This document shows positions 23,901-28,431 of a stretch of DNA of 64,000 nucleotides, piece after piece (the stretch's first letter is position 1; the number at the start of each line of letters is the position of its first letter). The DNA comes from a virus (taxonomy: Duplodnaviria > Caudoviricetes). A model generated the notes under the pieces. It saw only the letters and a list, made by a program, of their open reading frames with translations, did no database searches and had not been told where the DNA came from. A program made the translations under genes and the position numbers. The stretch is from the IMG/VR virus record IMGVR_UViG_3300032243_001028, positions 32,001 to 96,000 of that record; one strand, written 5' to 3'.

Positions 23901-26900
23901 TCTAAGAGAAGTACTAGATTCCATGGATCCTTACGATGAAGAACTGTACGGAAACCCTTACGATGAAGAAACTATTGACTATAAAACTCTTTTTGACGAT
24001 TACTATGCAAATAAAAATAAAAAACCAATTTTCTTTGACAATCCGGAAGACATAGAGGCATTTAAAGAAAAAGCCGCTTCAATACTTGTTGCGCAGTGGG
24101 CAGAGACATCTAATGGTAGTGATATGCTATCTCACGCTTTACAGATTGCTGCTGCTGAGACATTTAAAATGCCTGCTGGTTCGTGGTCACCGTGGAAAGT
24201 TCAAAGTAAAAACGCCCAATATACAAAAGATATTTTAGAAAATGCAGAATACTACTATGGAATTCACAGTTCTGTTCTTAAAGATTTCTTAAAAACTATG
24301 TACGATCTTACCCAGGATCGATTTAAAAATTATGGAATAAAATACTTAACTCTTTACAGAGGTACTGGAGTAGACGAAGAAGCTTTAAAAATAGACACCG
24401 GTATTGAATACAATGGCATAGGAGATGTTGAAATATTGCAAAGACCTATGTCAGCTTGGGCTTGGCTTCACGGTGATGCTTTCAACTTTGCTACTAGTAG
24501 GTTGCAAGAAAGAGCCGGAATGTTTATGGGAACTATTATTCCTGTTGAGCAGGTACTTTCTATTCCCGGCACAGGTTTTGGTTGCTTTGAAGAAGCTGAA
24601 GTAGTTCTACTGGCAGGAAAAAATAGACTAGTAAGGGCTGTTACTAGTGATTTTTCTAACCCTACTCTTGATCAAAAAACTTTTATTGCTGAGAATGCAA
24701 GTAAAGTAATTTCTTACTTACTGGACCAGCTCCCTAAAGATAAAAACGCTTTTGATAATCTTATTGAATTTAACAAGGGTACTCCTAATACTGCTGGCCC
24801 ATCACAAAATAGAGAGATTCCGTCTATCAACGTCGATGATAGCGTAGAAAACTCTGACTGGGTTATCTCCGAGTTTGCAAAAAAGAAAAAACTAGATGCT
24901 AAAGAAAATGAACTTCCTGAAGGATCTGGTCAAACTAATCCAGTTGAGGAACCTATTTCCTTAAATGAGCTACACAGAACATTTATTACAGCACTTCTAG
25001 CTGGTGCCGGAGATCAGAGAACTAGACCCCTTCCTGATGCAAAGCCAGAGTGGTTGGCAGCAGATGTAGAAACTGATAATTTAACAATGGCTGAAAAAAA
25101 TGCTATTTATACGTGGTACATGAACGTTGTTAAGGGAGATGGAGCTAGTAGTGACAATCTATCTATTAATGCTCAGGTATATCTTACTAAGCATATAATT
25201 CCTTTAATTAATAGACATGCTGAGGATGATATGTTGCTTCCTCACCACGATATCTATATAAATAAAGATAATAATGTGACTATTAAAGTTGTTAGATTTA
25301 TAATTAATCCAACTAAGAAAAATGGTAAAACAAATGTAAATACCGAATACAGAGCTGCTACAGCTGCTGGAGTGGCTAAATTTGCAAATAAACTTTCGGA
25401 TGTATTATCTAGAGTTAAATTTAAGTTCCCTGTAAAAGAGCTTCAAGTAATTATTAGTCACCCTAGTATAGAAGATTACTTCAAGCCATTTACTAGAGAT
25501 GATGGTACTCGTGGCCGAAACTTAGCTGGGTTGTCTTTCCCTCACATGTTTGTTAATGGTCAAATTTTGAACGAAGAAGATGTTAAGCCTAATCCTAAAC
25601 TCACTGAAAATCCTAGGGCAGATGCTACAGAACTAGAGTCTACAATTGCTCACGAAATAGGCCACGTTCTTCAACAAAAAGGCATCATTAATTTTAACGA
25701 TCAGGCTACAAAAGATACGCTTCGTAGATTTATGACTGAATATCCTCTAAGTGACTATGCAGCTACTGATGAAGCAGAATATCTAGCGGAAGCATATGCT
25801 GGAATGATGATATCCGAAGATGGTATTGGAAGGCATAAAGAAGTTGCTGACTGGATCAATGATCAAATTGCTACTGTTGATGAAAGAAAAGAAAAAGCTG
25901 CCATTGATCTTCTAAAGGGTATGCTAGAAAAACTTGGTATTCCAAATAATAGTAAACCTAGCCAAAACAGGGAAGGTTCTAGAGAACAGATTATTGCATC
26001 TGCGGCTAAGGACATTGCTTCTAGCGGTATCGGATTTACTCCTGGAAAAATTAAAAATGACATAAGCATAGCAATTGATGGTCCTGTAGTACAGATTGAA
26101 GGATTTCCTAAAAAAGATGCAGTAGCCCCATCTGATCAGGCTACCGCCATTAAAAATGAAATAATCGGCCTAGGACATATGATTCTAGATGATGCTAGAA
26201 CTATCTCAGATGAGCAAGCTAGAGCTGAGGGTCTTATTCCTGAAGGATTTGATGCTGAAGAATATAGAAAAAAACTAGAAAATGATGCTAGAGCTTTAGA
26301 ATTAGAAATATCTAAAGGAGATAGTAAATTTAGAGCTATGGCCCAAGACCTTATGAGGAATGCTTTTAACAGGCTTTCTTATGAAGATAAAGAAGAGGTA
26401 TTCCAAAGTTTAAAACAAGAGGCTGCTAAAGAATTATCTGGTAAAGATGTAAATGTTTTTAGTGCAGAAGAAACTTTCAATATGCTTCTAGTTGAGTACG
26501 GGGATGACCTTTCCCATAAACTTGCTTATGATTATGCTACCCCACATTCAGAGTTTATTTTTGATACTGGTAAAACTGTGCTACAAAGAGTTAGAAGTAA
26601 AAAAACTTTAAGATTAACTAAAGATGTAGAAGAAGTAAGAGCTTTAATAGATGTTACGGGAGCACACGAGGGCGGAGAAACTATCCTAAGTCTGCTTACC
26701 AAATGGGCTATTCGAACAGGTAAAATTGACACATCAGACCTTGCTAAGAAAGCAGCTGAAATAAAGGAAGTAAGAGATCGGCTTAGAGCTTCTCCAAAAG
26801 CAGAAGATTTTACTAATAAATATCATTCTATAATTGGTAAAAATATTAAATCTCAGATGGAAAAGTCTGGAGTTGAATTTGACTCGATTCCTGCACATCA

Positions 26901-27741
26901 GTTCTTTAATCAGTATAAAGACTACAAATATGTTAATAGTAATGAAAAATTTCAGGATATTAGAATAGATAGAAATAAGAAACTTATTAAAAATCTAGAA
27001 GAAACTCTTAGTTTTGTTCCTAAGGATATTATTCTAGCTGGAATGGAATATCTAGCTCATACTGGTGGAAAACTTGGAGTTCAAATTTCCGATGCACGTG
27101 CGCAATTTAAACAACACTGGAAAAATAAAAATTTAATAAATTCATTGAGATGGAAAAAAGAGCAGGGTGACGGAGGATTCTTCCGTGGAGACTCGACTGA
27201 TGACTACTTACACGAAGTTTGGCATTTCTTCCAGATGATCAACCATGACATTGCAGCTTTAGAACACGCTTTTTCTTATGACAGAATAAAAACAGCTGAT
27301 AGCAGCAACATTATTCCTTCAATGGAAGTTTATGAAAATTGGATGGAAGAATCTTTTTCTGGAGCAAAAGTGGCAGATCCTTATACTGTGAAAGTATACC
27401 CTCGTGCTACCAGTAAGTTTGCTACTTTTAGTCCTAATAACCACAGTGCTGAAGTTATAACTACTACGATGCAAGATCTATTTACCGATCCCGGTAGATT
27501 CTCTACTCCAAATGGTGTAACCGTGAAAACTGGAAAAGGCAAAAAAACTACTAGATTCAGCGATGCTCGCATGGACATAGCAACTGGCGTTTGGTACACT
27601 GATGCCACTATGACAACTAAAATTGATCCTAAGCTGATCACTGGAATTGAAGGACTAGATCCTTCCAATGACACCGACTGGGATCTAAAAGCTTTTGGAA
27701 TCGGTCTGCTGATGTCACTATTGAACTGGGAGAATAAATAA
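8986..27741 (+). CDS. Giant polyvalent protein 2 (6251 aa): DEDDh exonuclease, 3 HExxH zincins, 2 ART-like, 3 GNAT, ParB-like, SH3/KOW-like repeats
   Basis: Uninterrupted 18.7-kb ORF, GGAG upstream of GTG, multiple recognisable catalytic motifs; lies just upstream of the head genes. Confidence 0.92.
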   Translation: MDFDYLKPIVADGFGDGDGEYTSAERRAEVLTQFRDKYGRWVEMGRGIKAKVRLGKNRGNDAGRTARVIGKFIGATPDGKFARVLVDPSDPNFAGKVLYIKYNNAEEVLATLDPEYLKKRGIQLGKNTEGYEVGDEGIQDEDTLKIEDPTPQDLKDAEADLPDPENYKEEAAKKTATALTGKDLAAGNIVYDQGSDQYGKITNVKTLADGTKQIFIQFQNGRRAIMNVPADHPIQAWIGKNEAKPTPEAAPAQNKEGSSIADLGIDLQSATMDANGARLPTPGAFTGVLQKILAGAKNWKQIAERLKSQTITYFDFETTGISDYDGQGIKNDPIQLGAVQVKNGKVLKRFNVYINPGSKLSQWSSEHLKRDVIDDNGNIVRDENGKPVSTLVTAEWLQDQMSPEEALRQFLEFVGPNPILGGQNVPFDLEILQRMADAAGVKLDIAGTVDSKDLGSLLPTYDPEKGVDGPKQLNTATGKYRASSSLGPLANFLGFEPANWHSADGDAEDSFNLVNAILDHAIKNDNNDMRLMNFPEMQKLYQERMAAFKNAISGNNPVTEKQLEALHGLAESDNQEIAAEAKKAIDEATTRGKAAEVLARLNTNKDRTNNTPNQFRIGGGGGGELGEGNGVPNKKELEFLAKLKSGGYFLKKKFTKKPKQYIPVGYDRIDSWERYPSWYKDMYESAGNLDDFVKLFWKALRESRKGTRLEDPEGRTDINEKEYAIAAATYKNLQGIGEKVILRYGEFTIEFDKQSDINGQLLDELKGYLDTARKLGFKLPVRIKIAKQGDPAFTPGEVIGFDKDHPELGCLTGEAHTEPDGTMHLILWDQLHNLDKADKRRLFKGINEQGQEEYYGQNPGGFVPALQHVFFHELGHLWNREKHGKMVNSPLWGDLKKMFWGTDAKPFKRFAVTPNADLDPKINPNAFDERMAELFAAALIAFHNREHPVLANIGQFWKVAIEPYIKGEPIHWTANSERVNPPKKEGKGKGKIPTTTPRGGKARTPDVKKPEDVKPGDIVYDKDGNLHGKVVVIRQDRHGNWHYWVEGKDYKPGDVFPVGLDEYVVHKNGIIYVTKAGANFVPDEGPDFIYPLPEKLDSSNSDGVKAEDLKPGMVYESPDGPANVVNVFEHGIGVPDVKKSSDRVVVYVGKDGEVKHEVVPVGTFKKVLTSSKSNVPAPTPENENQGGEGNGNGNGNDRGGEGNGGGRGGRGGNAPEPVSEEPESRSGASKSDIENLKAVLEQAIGIGKRFGPDEDLEQRAQMISDEADELVKEIIKLDIKDYPGLIKHLKDNLPVISEGMYSDKTKQVLDEVKEFLDPGYRKRQYDALDRIKELLKERIEAVDTRGEKTDVVRGLIDDILRPYLNDKAGLNYEELLDLLDKNLKPGEIKHVQKREGISFRGNWDEVVKAVQDIIDANLGKKESAKPTKQKEYLDANGKPIKVGDLVDVIDEYGQKKTIRIYKKTTYGTEYVGGKRRHPTEYSEGYVIEGGDIVNVVTGKRYRINDSVLSPKNGSAEDKKFREKVRDEILDSVLSKMFSDFFKKHRKENPNMDKEDVRKLAKKDVATAVEEFKKLGIYDYDIFNGELNDFTSHMFWTKAEDGSYTGVREYNNVEDAVAAAKEYIDQKNARPTEEKEKESTKSPEPEVTREDPIGKGKIDPKGYAEKGYVPMVHPKPEFPAETDEKKLIEKGFEIEEQDNRDKPSQNREEDSEEGEEGALPPEDTSKFAAGKKVVILWHNKDFSAPGARIKITFTRKADGSLDKRFTQIQWKHWDGTLSGDEYGPSEVLNIGDSESEIFRMEFKHTVGALARRNEEYNDGELPGTVPHYFKKVGDDYIWRAVKDPKTGKWKAARDQKIDLEKKPPFGAVISNKDGKWTATILDPKGNVVATFEVDGDENDKSALENLINQSYVELAKRYRSINAPAAAPTQTARPAGRATDEHNFPLPDDVKIWRIRDDSMTRYAIGFEEGVDELGEHYIRMPKDSRFAATLSYIEGQGHWYVKLHDVNRFSDDERGIKIIPLPETYKTIKGDINDPKAWEEALKEARKFISDAIARNGGKNVRYGYEHRPIESLDDVRVNDYIIFRTSYPPSINYADTDHPEENISGIIGKVLSIGKDKDGNRVFKIQKRDGKIKNIKDKDLDYVGGAVRFSDDDPNINVSTTEIVKKRLAKRQMRELRFSIGMDIEEDPNNSEDSLERIYKAIEDKIGPDLIENHKFIPGLSKALSKKMYDKSNTKGYLTEEEIYDITDNFIKNYSDENKSKATPVQPTENQQPATEETTPTTESKEITGEHNFPLPDDVQMFPAGVGEPYAKYVINGEGFQHEADYPDVRVKDGLRYGVEIYYEEAIEPNSYNKKGRVAGWRVSLLNNKWREDMSRSRLIDYRISEIPGNINDPEAWKKAVEEARKMLANAIAENGGNNNPYTSEYIPLESLDQIQSGDYLMYGGHFPPNTRWKGTKSEETSPNFYAQVVSVKTDENGNRIFEIKEPNRAQGGYYDNVFVNDEEFLDKFGGITGLARYSDENSNVKPAAEPVAETKVEEEPKELTEEERQANIDAWTEVGQLYRKYLAAKRGKNMKREAKRLKQELSPYPAVMLHEKLSDYKDILNNTRNSSTDENEKKAIAKRIAELVDAMKQLNILVNKGVKEGAGKPTDPLDFNFDNLFRDIEVEDGISESDVEEAAEEPEVVEEPAAEPTEEPKKNVIETAGGVLDFEGLSPMQLGKIKAHLDKKVRWNGEVMTYRELYTKFAIGRHKSQNLKDVNYVKGESVKSWGPIKYFLFVDENGGMIDVPKMIYDAFKPNSDDPKLDSDATAPVQEAKMAERQKKWDEEDKAKAEAEAAKPIEEKPEEPVEAEPEKPAAVPITPVETPKDLGPTQITKDTGKQYLAEKIDVGWTLYGPDGYALGVVVKKDTLGRVVQLTVRGPNGKESTYNFNMLTKLYAFSPKDKKDIEKANKTKPATEPEAKEKSEEQPKSEPEVEEQPGEELPDKISREDGYRLFEALKKVYDFIHRSKKTEDPDAAKKDANDKVNQLAKILNPEDVDDFIRYVDLETAFRKIMSSRDFLDNFEEYINNYSSGNGAEVNPIHRGADGKIINKGDDLVVVDKDGNLKKIRLQIFKKPNPRALSDKTDFIEWGYQLRLDGNKNPEIVNINDSKESYSLDNVFHTQDESEIRKIISNRDKVSPEAPTAPEAVENAAYNGNLEDDLSAFKNVLENAIENFRNQPGADKNVYKAAAKELYNELKKLNSLYEDSATSGNDLEQIRNVYDDKIRDLGDIQSAKEKSNPNQNRENFVKDLRGLQEGLIDDFEAERDLGIMGSYSPYNVLSYSDEDKAILLKKATAARLLQYMPDVSFEGLFDSVVANYTRKIFPFGGCEAAIHVKSTVYTNNAPYIGGEGLAYKFDGTEVKNSADMVRLLDTDMSNLVEGSRIIGSYIRFSSELPEVVVTTITKELLDRVKNVKGSNSSSNILDFMKNEMNFKVYSSSSNQDMDDLKEILIAHLIRSWAITSNDSGYKSHALQRLAARMFAMDSSKTAGWLYAAGHDQIDIDSHILKGNIPADINTVDKLEQYASDLVDEEISRHFDIYSKFIMGMYNSTQDLLKDIGIDGVVVYRGSQDQELIAPDGTPIKRNTRVNNLMSARAKQRPMSSWSTSIRTASQFAGGLSPIIMGKIVPAEKVIAMPGTGFGCFEENEVVLLGGDLDEVLYGVPGNIDLNAFKNSSAMNPPKQIQALDPSTGLAGILPPKPTFPTSQNRERDLPIVEVDNSEENSDWIKQSGWDLTTNVDDFLKMFTSRDQLSDFMTKPTAQGMPEEMLRNLWPAADKHFEKIESAPKEEESKYLPEPFDPRDKKADLDEYYNYDYTKMPDGTPFNSDQQQQMDAIAKRLENILKNNDEDANSFAVKNLKNFRRTLYQQIIAKPTKGSSTTRDSILKQVEFSDKPAVKYFDEARGLTYTRYVDKFTDKYGRKYYIVTNIDESSGRQTVVAYDQKNFEGMPLPEDYVRKDQPVSGINDVGGLDSYIFRDPSVSEIQSVMVTDRYQRRGIATALVAVLEKRLGLPVVHSDNLSSMGFAFSNSMDPGKPDLHTNEKSIELQSDNAPSQNREGFFKRNKAKKEPFDPTDPTIDLEKFYNYDYTQMPDGTPFNIYQQQQMDILKDAIDNEPDDFERKLRIAERRRIYQGYTAKPNLKSGTNLESIKDQVRLLDDNTSRMNYSGAGKPYADLPSEYKQSTQYIDEFTDKYGRQYWVVTKVVNGLGMSNVKLYDKSKNSLQDLQDNSEDRTPVSSLDVFNNKISMVYTSDRYVRRGLATAALHLARERSGKEVQHSEMLTSFGRAFSLSVDPNPDLHRNDESKVTLSNNQPSQNRENQYPPEPFDPNDRTLDLDTIYNYDYTKLPDGTPFNAKQQKAMDHENKILEEAIASGDEAKIRAAKIARRYTYNTFITVANPDSKTTTETIADQITPGKAKPKKFTGFVRYTDNFTDKYGRKYVIFTDIRTDDKGDNSAMVTVHDMKSMFLEKIFVPEGMENVDQFGGKSLHIASLKVNDDDRKDPNAAAYIGMVLTDDAYRRRGLATAMLYLARKHYSKPVNHSSTLTMYGKAFSNSVDAGKPDVHDSLESKQLQIDLLKEKGLPVKESELDGDEIDYGPNQNRENIEEPTILNEYREVIPLNNSYRDKNDPDLDLTQWVTGGTKIYGIGNGGNPLGYVRTEKLATMKGNLADMESSTSSIAHDLEDGTGYLEPVLVWYNPLTGRAFIAEGNHRVEAARIAGREYVPVVVGVSTVDFKNPTTMERSGGVGDVVLNKDGSLENFKNAKDGSLINPYHLFNDEDLLYPRINLDPKDVPGFTDVLKIQSDLLNELMAENEETGLNEIATWYDPDAFDIDSSIGHMGGASEQLKEITAKNIGSNMLSSPKDILGALDHAISISQVVRSRLSYLDSQKMALKALDSKSDNLNENSIILFIDDSEHSPYEGLHIETLREVLDSMDPYDEELYGNPYDEETIDYKTLFDDYYANKNKKPIFFDNPEDIEAFKEKAASILVAQWAETSNGSDMLSHALQIAAAETFKMPAGSWSPWKVQSKNAQYTKDILENAEYYYGIHSSVLKDFLKTMYDLTQDRFKNYGIKYLTLYRGTGVDEEALKIDTGIEYNGIGDVEILQRPMSAWAWLHGDAFNFATSRLQERAGMFMGTIIPVEQVLSIPGTGFGCFEEAEVVLLAGKNRLVRAVTSDFSNPTLDQKTFIAENASKVISYLLDQLPKDKNAFDNLIEFNKGTPNTAGPSQNREIPSINVDDSVENSDWVISEFAKKKKLDAKENELPEGSGQTNPVEEPISLNELHRTFITALLAGAGDQRTRPLPDAKPEWLAADVETDNLTMAEKNAIYTWYMNVVKGDGASSDNLSINAQVYLTKHIIPLINRHAEDDMLLPHHDIYINKDNNVTIKVVRFIINPTKKNGKTNVNTEYRAATAAGVAKFANKLSDVLSRVKFKFPVKELQVIISHPSIEDYFKPFTRDDGTRGRNLAGLSFPHMFVNGQILNEEDVKPNPKLTENPRADATELESTIAHEIGHVLQQKGIINFNDQATKDTLRRFMTEYPLSDYAATDEAEYLAEAYAGMMISEDGIGRHKEVADWINDQIATVDERKEKAAIDLLKGMLEKLGIPNNSKPSQNREGSREQIIASAAKDIASSGIGFTPGKIKNDISIAIDGPVVQIEGFPKKDAVAPSDQATAIKNEIIGLGHMILDDARTISDEQARAEGLIPEGFDAEEYRKKLENDARALELEISKGDSKFRAMAQDLMRNAFNRLSYEDKEEVFQSLKQEAAKELSGKDVNVFSAEETFNMLLVEYGDDLSHKLAYDYATPHSEFIFDTGKTVLQRVRSKKTLRLTKDVEEVRALIDVTGAHEGGETILSLLTKWAIRTGKIDTSDLAKKAAEIKEVRDRLRASPKAEDFTNKYHSIIGKNIKSQMEKSGVEFDSIPAHQFFNQYKDYKYVNSNEKFQDIRIDRNKKLIKNLEETLSFVPKDIILAGMEYLAHTGGKLGVQISDARAQFKQHWKNKNLINSLRWKKEQGDGGFFRGDSTDDYLHEVWHFFQMINHDIAALEHAFSYDRIKTADSSNIIPSMEVYENWMEESFSGAKVADPYTVKVYPRATSKFATFSPNNHSAEVITTTMQDLFTDPGRFSTPNGVTVKTGKGKKTTRFSDARMDIATGVWYTDATMTTKIDPKLITGIEGLDPSNDTDWDLKAFGIGLLMSLLNWENK
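9913..10540 (+). other. Second DEDDh exonuclease domain (paralog of the one in giant protein 1)
   Basis: YFDFETTG, KNDPIQ, NPGSKLS, GQNVPFD, WHSADGD; shares an upstream AF.G...AGAKNW segment with protein 1. Confidence 0.87.
11200..11880 (+). other. Zincin-like metallopeptidase domain 1 of giant protein 2
   Basis: HVFFHELGH at 11599 followed by ERMAELFA (third-ligand Glu helix). Confidence 0.7.
14802..16550 (+). repeat. Duplicated ~220-aa module beginning EHNFPLPDDV (27-bp identical DNA at 14802-14828 and 15855-15881)
   Basis: cgagcataacttccctctaccggatga occurs twice; shared G.INDP.AW..A..EARK...AIA.NGG, P.ESLD, G.R.F.I and R[FY]SD motifs. Confidence 0.85.
19450..20090 (+). other. ADP-ribosyltransferase-like domain 1 (R-S-E type)
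   Basis: VYRG ... MSSWSTS ... A.QF ... EENEVVL. Confidence 0.75.
20500..22830 (+). repeat. Three tandem GNAT acetyltransferase-like modules (~250-280 aa each)
   Basis: Each has EPFDP.D...YNYDYT..PDGTPFN, FTDKYGR.Y, acetyl-CoA motif A Y.RRG[IL]ATA and HS..L[ST]..G.AFS; starts ~20500, ~21319, ~22084. Confidence 0.85.
23070..23310 (+). other. ParB/Srx-like domain
   Basis: EPVLV...FIAEGNHRVEAARIAG...VPVVV. Confidence 0.75.
24070..24620 (+). other. ADP-ribosyltransferase-like domain 2
   Basis: LYRG ... RPMSAW ... PGTGFGCFEEAEVVL; clear paralog of domain 1, but the S-T-S motif is altered to SAWAW. Confidence 0.7.
25270..25870 (+). other. Zincin-like metallopeptidase domain 2 of giant protein 2
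   Basis: TIAHEIGH at 25651 with downstream S.YA.T...EYLAEAYA. Confidence 0.78.
26990..27738 (+). other. C-terminal zincin-like domain 3 of giant protein 2
   Basis: YLHEVWH at 27211, later YT.K.Y and EVIT..MQ.LF. Confidence 0.65.
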
Positions 27742-27743
27742 TA

Positions 27744-28118
27744 ATGGATGAAGAACTAGAATATCCGTATGATGACTGGTCTGAGATTTGGAATTTTATT
27801 ATAGAAGGAGTAGAACTTACTTGGATTCCTAGATCTCCCTACCTTAAAGGGGATGGGTCAGATGATGGGTATCACATAATTTCTCAAATAGAGCAGTTTA
27901 TAGACTCTATAAGATCTAAGCCAGATGGAACTTTTCTTATTCCCCCCTCCGGACCAGCCTTACTTAAAAGTATAAGTTCAGCTTACACAGTTCTTTTTGC
28001 TATAGCTTCTATATATGGATTAGATCCAAAAATAGTATCTTTTTCTGATAATGCCCCTAAGTGGTCGGATCTAGATCCAAAAGATAGTGAAGATGAAAAA
28101 GACTCTTCAGTCAATTAA
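27744..28118 (+). CDS. Acidic hypothetical protein (124 aa)
   Basis: GGGAG upstream; directly follows giant gene 2. Confidence 0.8.
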   Translation: MDEELEYPYDDWSEIWNFIIEGVELTWIPRSPYLKGDGSDDGYHIISQIEQFIDSIRSKPDGTFLIPPSGPALLKSISSAYTVLFAIASIYGLDPKIVSFSDNAPKWSDLDPKDSEDEKDSSVN

Positions 28119-28153
28119 TAGATTATAATAATATTTGGAATAGAAGGTAACTA

Positions 28154-28348
28154 ATGAGTATTGATAATATTGTGCAGATATCTGTGGATACATTTGATCC
28201 TAAAGATAAACCTAAGACTATCTACATCAATTTAAATACGGCAACCCTAGAGGAGCTTAAGCCTTACATTGGGATAGATGATCGAATTAGAGATGCTTAT
28301 GGCAAAAAGTTCATTGAAGAAATGAACAGGAAAAAAGACACTAAATAA
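28154..28348 (+). CDS. Small hypothetical protein (64 aa)
   Basis: GAAGG RBS; TATAAT at 28124-28129. Confidence 0.7.
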   Translation: MSIDNIVQISVDTFDPKDKPKTIYINLNTATLEELKPYIGIDDRIRDAYGKKFIEEMNRKKDTK

Positions 28349-28354
28349 TAGTAC

Positions 28355-28363
28355 TGATAGAAT
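28355..28363 (+). promoter_or_regulatory. Candidate extended -10 promoter (TGaTAGAAT) for the head operon
   Basis: Intergenic, upstream of GGAGG RBS of the protease gene; similar TAGAAT/TAAAAT hexamers at 32992 and 50986. Confidence 0.4.
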
Positions 28364-28431
28364 AGTACTGCGTATAAGCGTTATATTTGCCTACGCTGAC
28401 GTTACCATCCATTATGGAGGATTTTACTTAG

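Noticed and set aside
202-25974. PSQNRE copies as a DNA repeat, CRISPR-like array or recombination site
   Set aside because: Synonymous positions vary, spacing is irregular (171 to >4700 nt) and all copies are in frame, so conservation is at protein level.
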